In this document: piece by piece, positions 9,425 through 20,400 of the stretch
Layout: each line of letters opens with the position of its first letter
Numbering within the stretch: position 1 is the first letter of the stretch
Source: a virus
Lineage: Duplodnaviria > Caudoviricetes
Length of the DNA stretch: 59,012 nucleotides
Virus record (IMG/VR): IMGVR_UViG_3300048999_000041
Coordinates: 1 to 59,012 of that record
Direction: 5' to 3' (one strand)
The notes under the pieces: model-generated
Database searches by the model: none
What the model was told of the DNA's origin: nothing
What the model saw: the letters and a program-made list of their open reading frames with translations, nothing else
Program-made: the position numbers and the translations under genes

Positions 9425-10161
9425 TGGCTTTTGTGAGTTTATATAGTATAAGCGATTATTTAGTTGGCGAATCATTTTTGCTAATGCGTCCAAAAACTAC
9501 CCCAAAAGGAATAATTATTGCGTTGCATGGGCATGGTGCTTCGTCATTACAATTTATTCCGTATGTTGATTCACAAATTTCTGGTCCAGGCTATCATGTG
9601 TGGAAACTTGTAGAAGCTGGCTATCTTGTTTGCGCAATTGATGCTGGCGGGCCACTTACTTGGGGCAATGCGTCGTCTGTCGCTGCGGTTTCTTCGGCAA
9701 TAACTTGGTTAAATACTAAGGGATACGACGTGTCGAAGGTAGGAATAATGGGTTGGTCAATGGGGACGGCCGTTGGTTTGAATTGGATTAAGCGTAATCC
9801 AACTAAGGTATTTTCTGCATTACTTTGGGCAGTAATGCCAAATCTAGATTGGGCAAGAAATAATAGTTCAGCTTGGGCTACTGAGCAAGACGCGGCCTAT
9901 GGTAATAACTATGCTCTTAATTCTCCGGGTTATAAAATTGCTGATGAACCAGCTTCTTTTAGAAATATTTGCCCAATTAAGATTTATCATGGTGACGCTG
10001 ACGCAACTATTCCAATTTTACAGGCACAAGAATTTGTTGCCGATGTGAATGATCCTTTGGTTTCGTTAACGACTGTAGCAGGGAAAGATCATTCAACGGT
10101 TTTCGGCGGAGTAACAGCTCAATCTGTTATACAATTCTTTAAGCAGAACTGGTTCGTTTAG
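9424..10161 (+). CDS. Alpha/beta hydrolase (esterase-like)
   Basis: LHGHG oxyanion motif, GWSMG nucleophile elbow, HGDADAT acid, GKDH His. Confidence 0.85.
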   Translation: MAFVSLYSISDYLVGESFLLMRPKTTPKGIIIALHGHGASSLQFIPYVDSQISGPGYHVWKLVEAGYLVCAIDAGGPLTWGNASSVAAVSSAITWLNTKGYDVSKVGIMGWSMGTAVGLNWIKRNPTKVFSALLWAVMPNLDWARNNSSAWATEQDAAYGNNYALNSPGYKIADEPASFRNICPIKIYHGDADATIPILQAQEFVADVNDPLVSLTTVAGKDHSTVFGGVTAQSVIQFFKQNWFV

Positions 10162-10175
10162 AAAGGAGGTGACAT

Positions 10176-11510
10176 ATGGGGATCACTGATCGGCTTAAAC
10201 ACGCTTGGAATGCTTTTACCGATAGTGACAGTGCACAAAATAAGCCGTTCGGTGGCGGGGGAAGTGGTGGCAGGATGTTTAGCCGCCCCGATCGCAGTTT
10301 TCCAAGGTTTGCCAACGAGCGATCTATCATCTCCTCGATCTATACTCGAATTGGTATCGATGTAGCCGCCGTTCCAATGGTGCACATTCGCACCGATGAT
10401 CAGAATCGATATTTAGAGACTCTCGACAGCGGTTTGAATCGCTGTCTGAGTGTGGGGGCTAATGTCGATCAGGCGGCACGTGCTTTTCGGCAGGATGTTG
10501 TCATGACAATTCTTGATGAAGGTGTTGCGGCAATTGTTCCGGTGGATACTACTATTTCTCCGGAAGACTCTGGCGGTTACGATATTAAGACTATGCGTGT
10601 TGGGCGAATCGTAGATTGGTTTCCTCAGGACGTTCGAGTTAGTCTTTACAACGAAAATAGTGGAGTTAGAGAAGAACTTACACTGTCTAAAAAAGTTGTC
10701 TCTATTATAGAGAATCCTCTATATTCGGTAATGAATGAGCCAAACTCTACGCTTAAAAGACTGATTCGCAAGTTGTCGCTTCTTGATGACGTAGATGATC
10801 AATCTGCGTCTGGTAAGTTGGACATTATCATTCAACTTCCCTACGTGATCAAATCGGAATCCAAACGACAGCAAGCAGAACAGCGACGATCCGATATCGA
10901 GTTTCAGCTCAAAGGCAGCAAATACGGTATTGCTTATTCGGACGCGACTGAGAAGATTACGCAGCTGAACCGACCAGTCGAGAACAATCTTATGCATCAA
11001 GTCGAGTATTTAACAAATTTGTTATATTCGCAACTTGGTCTTACACCCGAAATTATGAACGGTACGGCGGATGAGAAAGTTATGCTTAATTATAACGCTC
11101 GCACGGTCGAACCGCTTCTTGATGCTATGGTTGAAGAGATTCGGCGTAAGTTTCTTACACAGACGGCGAGAACTCAGGGTCAGTCTATTATGTATTTCCG
11201 AGATCCGTTTAAGTTTGTCCCGATTGGCGGCATCGGTGGGATTGCTGACATCGCTGATAAATTCTCTCGTAACGAGATTACTTCGTCGAACGAGATTCGC
11301 CAAGCAATTGGTATGAAGCCACGTCCGGAGCCTAAGGCCGATGCGTTGATCAACGCTAATATGCCGCAAGCTAAGACCGGAGTGGATCTTGGCACACAGA
11401 CCGATCCGTCTGGTGTCGCTAATCAGGCAGCTGATCCTGGTGCTGCTACATTGATCAATGATTTGGGTAACACCAATGCGGAAGTTGATGCAGCTTTGGC
11501 AGGTGGATAA
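10176..11510 (+). CDS. Portal protein
   Basis: 444 aa between TerL and capsid; SSIYTRIGIDVAA, GKLDIIIQLPY, NEIRQAIG (HK97-type portal). Confidence 0.9.
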   Translation: MGITDRLKHAWNAFTDSDSAQNKPFGGGGSGGRMFSRPDRSFPRFANERSIISSIYTRIGIDVAAVPMVHIRTDDQNRYLETLDSGLNRCLSVGANVDQAARAFRQDVVMTILDEGVAAIVPVDTTISPEDSGGYDIKTMRVGRIVDWFPQDVRVSLYNENSGVREELTLSKKVVSIIENPLYSVMNEPNSTLKRLIRKLSLLDDVDDQSASGKLDIIIQLPYVIKSESKRQQAEQRRSDIEFQLKGSKYGIAYSDATEKITQLNRPVENNLMHQVEYLTNLLYSQLGLTPEIMNGTADEKVMLNYNARTVEPLLDAMVEEIRRKFLTQTARTQGQSIMYFRDPFKFVPIGGIGGIADIADKFSRNEITSSNEIRQAIGMKPRPEPKADALINANMPQAKTGVDLGTQTDPSGVANQAADPGAATLINDLGNTNAEVDAALAGG

Positions 11511-12082
11511 TGAAGCCTCTTACCGATCTCGAACGCGAAGAATTGATTCATCAGTATGATCCGGCAAAGGCACATGAGTATTACCTTAGAACGCGGCAGT
11601 TAAAAGGTCGAAAGCCCGCCGTGCTAGAAGCGGTGCCAACACCGAAGCATAAACAAGCTAAAGCTACCGTTAATCATCGAGCTCATCAACGTAAAGCGTT
11701 GTCTGCTTTGATTAATACTCTGCAAGTTAAATTGCAGAAATTGGATGCTTTGATTAAACAGCGGGAACAAGAAGAAGCGTCCACAAATCGTAAGCATAAG
11801 GCTAGAAAAGAGCGGGCAGCCAAAGAGCATCTCAAGCCGAAAACTGCCGCGGAAAAAGCTAAGATCAAACGCGATAACAAACAATATCGTGATAAGCACA
11901 AGCAAGCGCTGAAGACTAAAGCTAGACAAAATCATACTAAATCTGGTAAGTCTGCTTCCGGTAGTGCTTCTGGTAGTGCTTCCGCGGCAACGCATAAGCA
12001 TTCTCTTTCTGAACTTAAAAATTTGGCAATAAGGGTTCGCGGTCAGATTCAAGTGGCCAAGCAAAAATTAGCTGCGCTCTGA
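11510..12082 (+). CDS. Highly basic protein, putative internal head/DNA-binding protein
   Basis: Lys/Arg/His-rich; N-terminal ELIH-QYDPAKAHEYYLRTRQLKGR. Confidence 0.7.
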   Translation: MKPLTDLEREELIHQYDPAKAHEYYLRTRQLKGRKPAVLEAVPTPKHKQAKATVNHRAHQRKALSALINTLQVKLQKLDALIKQREQEEASTNRKHKARKERAAKEHLKPKTAAEKAKIKRDNKQYRDKHKQALKTKARQNHTKSGKSASGSASGSASAATHKHSLSELKNLAIRVRGQIQVAKQKLAAL

Positions 12083-12122
12083 GAGCGCCGAAGCGCCATA
12101 ACATACGAAAGGAACATTCAAA

Positions 12123-14207
12123 ATGGGAGATACATCCCGACTGGACTTCGGTGACTCTTCGCCGGAGAATAGTCTGATGCACTCCGACAGTACTCAGGAG
12201 CCGGATTTCAGCGGCTGGGCCACCAAATTCGGCCTTAGGTGTACTGACGGACGCACGATTCTGCCGGGCTCTTTCGAGCATCAGGATGCTCAGCGAGTCC
12301 CGCTTGTCTGGCAGCACGGACATGGGTCTCCGGAAAACGTCCTTGGGCATGCGATTTTACATAATCGATCTGACGGCGTGTATGCTGATGGGTTTTTCAA
12401 TGAGACCAAGCAGGCAACTAACGCGAAGGTTCTGGTTCAGCACGGAGATATTTCCGCGCTGTCTATCTTTGCCAACTCGCTCGTCGAGCGCGCAAAGCAG
12501 GTTTCGCACGGAGTTATTCGCGAGGTTTCGCTGGTTCTGGCTGGTGCCAATCCTGGAGCCTTGATTGACAATATCTCCATCGTTCACGCCGATGGTGAGG
12601 AAGAGATTCATGTGGATGAAGCCATTATCTACACGGGTCTTGAAATAGAGCATGGTAATAGTTCGTCGTCCACTTCGGAGACGGCTCCCCCCGCAGAAGA
12701 GTCTGCATCTGCGGACGCTACGTCGGATGAGTCTACGTTCAACGATGTCTATAACTCGTTTTCCGACGAGCAGAAGGAAGTTGTTCACTACATGGTTGGG
12801 GCTGCGCTTGAGAGCGTTACCACTTCCGATACCGATACCAAAACCGAGACCGATACCTCCGATTCGGAGGCGTCTGTCACTCACGAGGAAAAGGACGATA
12901 AGAACATGGGACGTAACGTCTTCGAGAAGGAGGGCGGCTCGACGACGGAGCCTAAGCACGTGCTCTCCCACGACGCAATGCAGGAGATCGCGGCAGACGC
13001 TGTTCAGCGAGGCTCCTTAAAACAGGCCGTTGAGCACTATGCGTTTGCGCACGGTATCGACAATATCGATGTCCTGTTCCCGGATGCCCGTAACATCACG
13101 GATACGCCGGACTTCGACAAACGGCGCACCGAGTGGGTCTCTGAGGTTCTGAACAGCGTTCGCAAGAGCCCGTTCTCTCGGATCAAGTCGCTCGTGGCCG
13201 ATCTAACGCACGAAGAGGCTCGCGCGCGTGGCTACATCAAGGGCACGTTAAAGAAGGAGGAGTTCTTCGGGCTCACCCGCCGCGTCACCACCCCGTCGAC
13301 GGTCTACAAGAAGCAGCAGCTCGATCGCGACGATATCCTCGACATCACCGATTTCGATGTCGTCCTGTGGCTGAAGGGCGAGATGCGTCTCATGCTCGAG
13401 GAAGAGCTCGCGCGTGCGGTTCTCATCGGCGATGGGCGAGCGGCAGATGACGCGGACAAGGTCAAGGATCCGGCCGGGTCGAACGAGGGCGCAGGCCTTC
13501 GCTCGATTCTCCATGACGACGACCTCTACGCGGCAACGGTGTTCATCGATGTCGATGGCGATCTCAAGGACACTGGAGTTGTCGACGAGGTCCTGGCGTC
13601 CATGCAGTTCTACAAGGGCTCGGGCGTTCCGACGTTCTTCACGACTCTGCCGACTATGACGCAGATGCTGCTGGCCCGTGACGCGATGGGCCGTCGCTTC
13701 TACCGCACCGCCTCTGAGCTGGCTTCCGAGCTGGGTGTCAGCAAGATTGTCGTGGTCGAGCCCATGGAGGATGAGGTCGATTTGGTTGGCATCATTGTCA
13801 ATCTGCAGGATTACACGCTGGGTGCCGATCGCGGTGGCGAGGTCTCGATGTTCGATGACTTCGACATCGATTACAACCAGTACAAGTACCTGCTGGAGAC
13901 GCGCTCCTCTGGAGCGCTGACCAAGATCCGGTCGGCGATTGTCATTCGCCAGGCCGCTGCCGGGGCTACGTTAGTGACCCCGACAGCTCCGGCGTTCGAT
14001 CCTGACACGTCGCATGTCACGATTACGGATACCGCCGGTGTCACGTATCGCCGTTCGTCGGATAACTCCGCTGTCACTGCGGCGGGTTCCCCGTACACCA
14101 TCGCTCCGGGCGTCGACGAGACGATCTACGCTGTGTCGAACGCCGGGTATTACTTCCGCAACAACGTCGAGGACGAGTGGACGTTCCGCGGCGTCGTTCC
14201 GGCGTAA
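12123..14207 (+). CDS. Capsid maturation protease - major capsid protein fusion
   Basis: N-terminal HK97-type protease (DFSGWAT, VPLVWQH, LSIFAN, EVSLVLAGANPGA), acidic linker, capsid domain from GIDNIDVLFP, C-terminal Ig-like extension. Confidence 0.9.
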   Translation: MGDTSRLDFGDSSPENSLMHSDSTQEPDFSGWATKFGLRCTDGRTILPGSFEHQDAQRVPLVWQHGHGSPENVLGHAILHNRSDGVYADGFFNETKQATNAKVLVQHGDISALSIFANSLVERAKQVSHGVIREVSLVLAGANPGALIDNISIVHADGEEEIHVDEAIIYTGLEIEHGNSSSSTSETAPPAEESASADATSDESTFNDVYNSFSDEQKEVVHYMVGAALESVTTSDTDTKTETDTSDSEASVTHEEKDDKNMGRNVFEKEGGSTTEPKHVLSHDAMQEIAADAVQRGSLKQAVEHYAFAHGIDNIDVLFPDARNITDTPDFDKRRTEWVSEVLNSVRKSPFSRIKSLVADLTHEEARARGYIKGTLKKEEFFGLTRRVTTPSTVYKKQQLDRDDILDITDFDVVLWLKGEMRLMLEEELARAVLIGDGRAADDADKVKDPAGSNEGAGLRSILHDDDLYAATVFIDVDGDLKDTGVVDEVLASMQFYKGSGVPTFFTTLPTMTQMLLARDAMGRRFYRTASELASELGVSKIVVVEPMEDEVDLVGIIVNLQDYTLGADRGGEVSMFDDFDIDYNQYKYLLETRSSGALTKIRSAIVIRQAAAGATLVTPTAPAFDPDTSHVTITDTAGVTYRRSSDNSAVTAAGSPYTIAPGVDETIYAVSNAGYYFRNNVEDEWTFRGVVPA

Positions 14208-14223
14208 GCTAGACGATAATCTG

Positions 14224-14547
14224 ATGGCGAAGTTTCACGGTAAGATCGGATACGCTCAGACCACGGAAACAGCACCTGGTGTGCATGAGGAAACCATCGT
14301 CGAGCGAGTCTATTATGGCGACATTGTCCAAAATAGAAGACTGCTCAACGCTGGTGATCAGGTAAATCCGGATCTCTCCCTCGGTAATTCGATCAGTATT
14401 GTGGCTGATGCATATGCTCATGTGCATTTCTTCGCCATTCGTTATATTGAGTGGGCGGGGGTACGTTGGACTGTGTCAGATGTGGAAGTCCAGCGCCCCC
14501 GTCTCCTCTTACGTTTGGGGGAGGTGTATAATGGGTTCACGCCTTGA
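14224..14547 (+). CDS. Head-to-tail stopper
   Basis: MAKFHGKIGY...NSISIVADAYA...PRLLLRLGEVY; directly after capsid. Confidence 0.7.
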   Translation: MAKFHGKIGYAQTTETAPGVHEETIVERVYYGDIVQNRRLLNAGDQVNPDLSLGNSISIVADAYAHVHFFAIRYIEWAGVRWTVSDVEVQRPRLLLRLGEVYNGFTP

Positions 14548-14839
14548 GCTACAAACGCTTTTCGAAAGCTTAATGGGTCCTGACCCAAATGTATATTATC
14601 AGGCACCGACAAATTCTCAGATGCAATATCCTTGTATTCTGTATAATAGAGATAATTCTCATTCTGAATTTGCTGATAATCTTCCCTATTCGCGCACTAA
14701 AAGATATTTAGTAACGGTTATCGACCGTGATCCCGATAGCGAACTTCCTGACAAAGTGGAGGATCTGCCATGTTGTTCGTTTAATCGATTCTATTCGGCA
14801 GAGAATCTTAATCACTTTGTTTTCACTCTCTTCTTCTGA
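14531..14839 (+). CDS. Tail terminator
   Basis: GGAGG RBS, ATG 14531; NVYYQAP...YPCILY...YLVTVIDRDPDS; directly before major tail. Confidence 0.7.
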   Translation: MGSRLELQTLFESLMGPDPNVYYQAPTNSQMQYPCILYNRDNSHSEFADNLPYSRTKRYLVTVIDRDPDSELPDKVEDLPCCSFNRFYSAENLNHFVFTLFF

Positions 14840-14857
14840 GAAAGGCGATAAAAACGA

Positions 14858-15742
14858 ATGACAGTCCTTACCTGGGACGACGTCGGTGAGCGTCTGTATG
14901 AGACAGGCGTTGATCGCGGTGTCCTTTATCTTCCGGACAATACCGGAGAATACAACGAGGGACATGCGTGGAATGGTCTGACGACCGTCACCGAGTCTCC
15001 CGCTGGTGCAGATTCCAACCCGCAGTATGCAGACAACATCAAGTACCTTAACCTTCTGTCCGCTGAGACGTTCGGCGGCACGGTTGAGGCCTTTACCTAT
15101 CCGGACGAGTTCGGGCAGTGCGACGGGACGATCGAGCCGTCACCCGGCGTCTTTCTCGGTCAGCAGGGTCGTCGAGCCTTCGGCCTGTCTTACCGGTCGC
15201 GTGTTGGTAACGATCTGGATGGTACGGAGCATGGTTACAAGCTCCATCTCGTGTATGGCGCGCTGGCTTCTCCGTCCGAGAAGGCTTATGGCACGATCAA
15301 CGATTCCCCTGCGGCTATTGCGTTTTCGTGGGCGATCTCCACGACTCCGGTTTCGGTCGCTGACCACAAGCCTACGGCGCTTCTGGTCATTGATTCCACC
15401 AAGGTGCCTGCGGACAAGCTGTCTGCACTACAGGATATCCTGTGGGGGACGGATGCGGATGATCCGCGTCTACCTCTGCCGGACGAGATTATCACGCTGT
15501 TTACTACTGGTGAGGTCGACGTTGATCTGAGGCCTCTGGCCAATCAGCCGACGTTTGTGGAGGGCACGGGCGTTATTACCCTGCCTGTTGTCGCTGGCGT
15601 GCAGTGGAAGGTCAATGGTGCCAATCGGGCAGCTGGAGCACAGCCCGCAATTGCGGCGGGTGCGACTGCCGAGGTCGAGGCCGTTGCGCAGGATGGATTC
15701 AACCTCGTTGGCGACGATACGTGGACGTTCGAGCGTCCGTAG
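14858..15742 (+). CDS. Major tail protein
   Basis: LTWDDVGERLYETGVDRGVLY, AWNGLTTVTESP, YADNIKY motifs; Ig-like C-terminus. Confidence 0.9.
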   Translation: MTVLTWDDVGERLYETGVDRGVLYLPDNTGEYNEGHAWNGLTTVTESPAGADSNPQYADNIKYLNLLSAETFGGTVEAFTYPDEFGQCDGTIEPSPGVFLGQQGRRAFGLSYRSRVGNDLDGTEHGYKLHLVYGALASPSEKAYGTINDSPAAIAFSWAISTTPVSVADHKPTALLVIDSTKVPADKLSALQDILWGTDADDPRLPLPDEIITLFTTGEVDVDLRPLANQPTFVEGTGVITLPVVAGVQWKVNGANRAAGAQPAIAAGATAEVEAVAQDGFNLVGDDTWTFERP

Positions 15743-15747
15743 GGAAT

Positions 15748-15866
15748 TGAGTGAAATGCGGTCGAGACTTCCGGGTAAGAGTCCGGGGAAGAATTGCGCT
15801 CATAGGCCCTTACTCTCCGGGGCTGTTTGCCAATTTTTGGAAGGCATCGTAACCGGACCACCGCAT
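15748..15866 (+). ncRNA. Putative structured (pseudoknotted) intergenic RNA element
   Basis: ATGCGGT 15756/ACCGCAT 15860, TCCGG/CCGGA, GGTAAG/CTTACT, and TGAGTG 15748 pairing with loop CGCTCA 15797. Confidence 0.4.
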
Positions 15867-15891
15867 AAGATGGATGAAAGGAGACCAGGGA

Positions 15892-16440
15892 ATGCTTACT
15901 TTAGTGCTTGGCGCTACCGAAGCCTATAATGAAGAAACACAAGCGTTTACAAAACAAGGCGGATTTACACTTCAGCTCGAGCATTCCTTGGTTTCTCTTT
16001 CAAAATGGGAGGCAATTCACGAAACACCTTTTCTTGGCGAAGGTGAAAAGACTGCGGAAGAAATTACTTCCTATGTCGAATGTATGCTTTTGACCAAAAA
16101 TCCCCCGGAGGATTTTCTAGATAGTCTATCGTCTGAAAATTATGCCGAGATAGAAAACTATATCTCTAAAAAGATGACAGCAACTTGGTTCTCTGAGTAC
16201 CCTGGAGCTCCTAGGCCACGCAATTCAGAGATTGTTACATCTGAGTTGATTTATTACTGGATGACGGCGTTTAAGATTCCTATTGAATGCGAAACATGGC
16301 ATTTAAATCGTTTGTTTACTCTAATTCGAATTTGCAATCTTAAGCAAGAAACGCCACAGAAGATGAGTCGTGCCGAGATAGCTCGTCGAAATAAGGAGTT
16401 AAACGAACGGCGCAAAGCCCAACTTGGAACTAAGGGGTAG
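15892..16440 (+). CDS. Tail assembly chaperone
   Basis: AAAGGAG RBS; LEHSLVSLSKWE, TSELIYYWM, WHLNRL motifs; between major tail and tape measure. Confidence 0.75.
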   Translation: MLTLVLGATEAYNEETQAFTKQGGFTLQLEHSLVSLSKWEAIHETPFLGEGEKTAEEITSYVECMLLTKNPPEDFLDSLSSENYAEIENYISKKMTATWFSEYPGAPRPRNSEIVTSELIYYWMTAFKIPIECETWHLNRLFTLIRICNLKQETPQKMSRAEIARRNKELNERRKAQLGTKG

Positions 16441-16452
16441 AAAGGAGGATGC

Positions 16453-17082
16453 ATGACGAGAGTTGTCTGGGACAATATAGAAGAACGAGTGTACTTTGCT
16501 GGTGTCGATCGCGGCGTCATCTATCTTCCTCCCGATAATGCGTTTGCCGCGGTTTGGAATGGCCTGATTTCGGTTACCGACTCGGAACAATTAGAACTAA
16601 AGAAATACTATTACGAAGGACGCACGGCGCTTACTCGAATTGTCCATTCGGAATACAGTGGAAAAATTGAAGCAATTACTTATCCACCGTTCATTGAGGC
16701 GCTTGCTGGTGCGGTTTCATGGGCTCCAGGAATAAATGTGCATAATCTTTTGTCCGCCGATTTTCATATGACGTATCGAACAAAAATTGGTGATTCGAAT
16801 GACGGAACAGATCATGGGTATGTAATACATTTACTTTATTATCTTAAAGCTAGTTTTGATGACGTTGAGCACAAGACATTAGGCGAAACTATAGAACCAA
16901 CGACTTTTTCTTGGACTATCAACGCTACAGAGCGTTATGTCAAGAACAACTATCCTATTACGCACGTATCTATAGATTCGCGAGAGGTCGATCCTGGGTT
17001 CTTAGCCACCCTTGAGGATCAGCTATATGGTACAGATGCTACTGCACCATTTATTCCAGATCCAACTGGATTAATTCCATGA
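16453..17082 (+). CDS. Major-tail-protein paralog
   Basis: WDNIEERVYFAGVDRGVIY...VWNGLISVT, HGYVIHLLY align by eye with 14858..15742. Confidence 0.8.
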   Translation: MTRVVWDNIEERVYFAGVDRGVIYLPPDNAFAAVWNGLISVTDSEQLELKKYYYEGRTALTRIVHSEYSGKIEAITYPPFIEALAGAVSWAPGINVHNLLSADFHMTYRTKIGDSNDGTDHGYVIHLLYYLKASFDDVEHKTLGETIEPTTFSWTINATERYVKNNYPITHVSIDSREVDPGFLATLEDQLYGTDATAPFIPDPTGLIP

Positions 17083-17459
17083 TCAAAGTTCAAGTCAAAG
17101 GATCGTTTAACAAAACGCAAACGTTTTTGCACAGAATGCAAAGACGAGAACAATTCCGAGGACTTGAACGTTATGGTGCGAAAGGAGTAGCTGCTTTGAA
17201 AACGGCCACTCCGGAAGATTCGACACAAACCGCTAATTCGTGGTCTTACGAGATAGTTAATAAACCCGGATATTTTGCCATTCATTGGTTTAACTCAAAT
17301 CTCGACGTTCCAAGAAAAACACCGATTGCCGTATTACTTCAATACGGACATGGTACTCGCAATGGTGGGTACGTTGAGGGACGAGATTACATAAACCCAG
17401 CCTTACAGCCTATATTTGACCAGATAGCAACGGAAATGTGGAAGGAGGTGACCAAGTAA
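17079..17459 (+). CDS. Tail completion / HK97 gp10-like protein
   Basis: GVAALKTATPEDS.QTANSW, LQYGHGTRNGGYVEGRDYINPAL. Confidence 0.7.
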   Translation: MIKVQVKGSFNKTQTFLHRMQRREQFRGLERYGAKGVAALKTATPEDSTQTANSWSYEIVNKPGYFAIHWFNSNLDVPRKTPIAVLLQYGHGTRNGGYVEGRDYINPALQPIFDQIATEMWKEVTK

Positions 17460-20400
17460 TGCCGAGCATTGACGAACGAATTGTTTCTATTGCCTTTGAG
17501 AATCGCAAGTTTGAATCAGCAGTTAATGAAACTATGCGAACTCTTGATAAGTTAGAGTCAGCGTTGCAGAAAGTTGGAGCTAAGAATTCGCTCGCAGACA
17601 TAGAGAAATCGGCAAACAAGGTCACTTTAACCCAGCCGATGTCTGCTCTGGACAAACTGAAGACTCGCTTATTTGGCGCAGGCAGTGGTGCATCCAAAGG
17701 GATGAGCGATATTGAGAAAGCTGGTGGCAAAGTCACTTTGTCGCAGCCTCTTTCTGCATTGGGTAGGATTCGATCAGAAAGCGCGCAGGTTGGTAGTGAT
17801 GCGGCAAGAGGTTTTGGAGAGATAGAACGATCTTCGGGTAGAATAACTTTATCTAATCTTACCGGCGCACTGGATTCTGTAACCGCGAAGTTCTCAATTC
17901 TTCGTGGTGCCGCCGCGGTTGCGTTAGGTAATATTGCTACACGAGCTATCGCTACAGGAACACAAGTTCTCAAGTCTTTGACGTTAGCTCCGGTTATGGA
18001 GGGTTTCCATAACTACGAAACCCAGATTAACGCGGTTCAGACGATCATGGCCAACACCGGATTGACCGGTAAGAAGGGGTTAGGCCAGGTTCAGAAGGCT
18101 CTGAACAATCTGAATACGTACGCTAACAAGACCGTTTATAACTTCTCCGAGATGGCTAGAAACATCGGTACGTTCACCGCGGCTGGTGTTGATCTTAAGA
18201 CTGCTGTTGGATCCATTAAGGGTATAGCCAACTTGGCCGCCCTTTCTGGGTCAACTTCGCAGCAAGCATCTTCGGCAATGTATCAGCTATCACAGGCTAT
18301 TGCCGCAGGTCGAGTCAATCTTCAGGACTGGAACTCGGTGGTCAACGCTGGTATTGGCGGTAAAGTATTCCAGAAGGCATTGGCTAATACCGCTGTCGCC
18401 ATGGGTACGCTGAAGGACGGTTCGGTCAAGATGGTTGGGCCGATGAAGAAGCTCAATGTCCAAGGCTTAACGTTTAGGCAGTCGATCCAGTCAAAGCCTG
18501 GTAAGAATTCATGGCTTACTTCTGAAGTGTTAACCAACACACTTAAGCAGTTTACTGGCGATATGTCAAAAGCACAGCTTAAAGCGCAAGGCTTTACCGA
18601 CGCCCAGATTGGCGATATCCAGAAGCAGGGCAAGGTAGCGACCGACGCGGCGACGAAGATCAAGACGATCACGCAGCTCATGCAAGCACTCAAAGAAGAG
18701 GTTGCTAGCGCATGGGCCACAATCTTCAAGACGATCTTTGGTAACATTTTCGAGGCACGAAAACTGTTTTCGAAATTGCATAATGTTGTACAGAACGCTC
18801 TTACTAAGCCGATTTATGCCATGAACCGGGTGCTTCAAGGTTGGGTGAAGTTGGGCGGTCGGATTCAGCTGCTCGACGCACTTAAACAAGGTGCTAAAGA
18901 CATCGGAGCGATCATCAAACCGATTAAGGCCGCTTTCCGAGACATCTTTCCTCCGACTACGGCAAGGCAGCTTTTCTCTATTACCAAGAGATTCCATGAT
19001 CTTATGGAGAGGCTCAAAATAGGACCTAAAACTGCGGATAATTTGCGAAGAACTTTTCGAGGTTTCTTTGCTCTTCTTGATGTTGGACGTAAAATCATCT
19101 CGGGAATCGTCGGGGCTTTTCTTCATATGTTCGGAACTCTTGGACATGGCGCCGGAGGATTTTTATCGTTTACCGCTACTGTCGGAGATGCTCTGGTAGT
19201 GTTTCGAGATTGGCTTACACAAGGTGATAGGCTTAAGAAATTCTTTGCCACTCTTGCTACGGTGCTTGCTGCGCCAGCGAAGCTCATATCTGGACTACTT
19301 CATGCGTTGGGCAAATTCTTTAATTCCGATATCGGAAGTAATACCGCCGATTCTCTGAACAAGTTAAACACGGCACTAGATCCCACAGCAAGACTGGCTC
19401 AGGTGGCGCAAAAAGCGTGGTCTGGATTGACCGCGATCTTAAAGACCGTTGCCAAGTTCCTCCATCCGGTTATCCAAGCCGTGGGCGATGGGCTGTCCAA
19501 AGTAGGCCATCTTATTGCCAATGCCTTTAATTCTGGTAATGTTGATAAGTTGCTGGCTGGCGTGCAAGTAGGCCTTATTGGTGGTATATTCCTGGCCATT
19601 AAGAAAGCTATTGGCGGAGGAGTTGGATTTAACTTTAAAGCCGAAGTGGGTGGACTTTCTAAGGCTTTGGGTATCATGACGACTTCGCTTACGTCTATGC
19701 AGCGAGCCGTTCAGGCAGCTACTTTGTTGGAGATTGCCGCAGCCGTTGGGCTTCTGGCTATCTCTGTGGCGATCTTAGCCAAAATAGACGATAAGAAAAT
19801 TGCTTCATCAATGACCGCCATGTCTATAGGTTTAGGCCAGCTTGTCGGAGCTATGTACATTCTGGGTCGGACTTCTGGTAAGGGTGTTGGGTTTGCTAAA
19901 TTGCCCGTTATTGCCGCGGCAATGATTTTATTGGCTACGGCCCTTGGTATATTGACGACGACAATGTTGATTATGGCACAGATGGATTGGCAACAGATTG
20001 GCAAAGGATTAGCTGGGGTTACCGGCCTTCTCTTTGGGCTTTCTATAGCGGTTCAACCGTTGTCGAAAGCTAGTCCCACTCTTGTTCTCACCAGCACAGG
20101 GTTGATTGCTGTGGGCGCTGCGCTAGTAATTATTGCTGGGGCAATGAAGATATTTGCTACGATGCAATGGGTTGATATAGCCAAAGGTCTCGCTGGAGTC
20201 GCTGGTGGTTTGATAGCTATTGGTGTCGGAATGAAACTTCTAGGCCCACAAACGTTGTTGATTGGGCCGGGTCTTATTGCCGTGTCAATTGCTCTAAATA
20301 TTCTGGCGGCATCGATGAAGATATTTGCCACGATGAAGTGGGAGGATCTTGCTAAGGGCGTCGCGGCTATTGCTGGATCTTTGGTAGCTATTGGGTTGGC

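Noticed and set aside
15740-15760. Stop-codon readthrough or frameshift from major tail into the chaperone; cobalamin riboswitch
   Set aside because: An in-frame TGA follows three codons after the TAG and the chaperone frame has TAA at 15850. AGGGAA is present but the other B12-box elements are missing.
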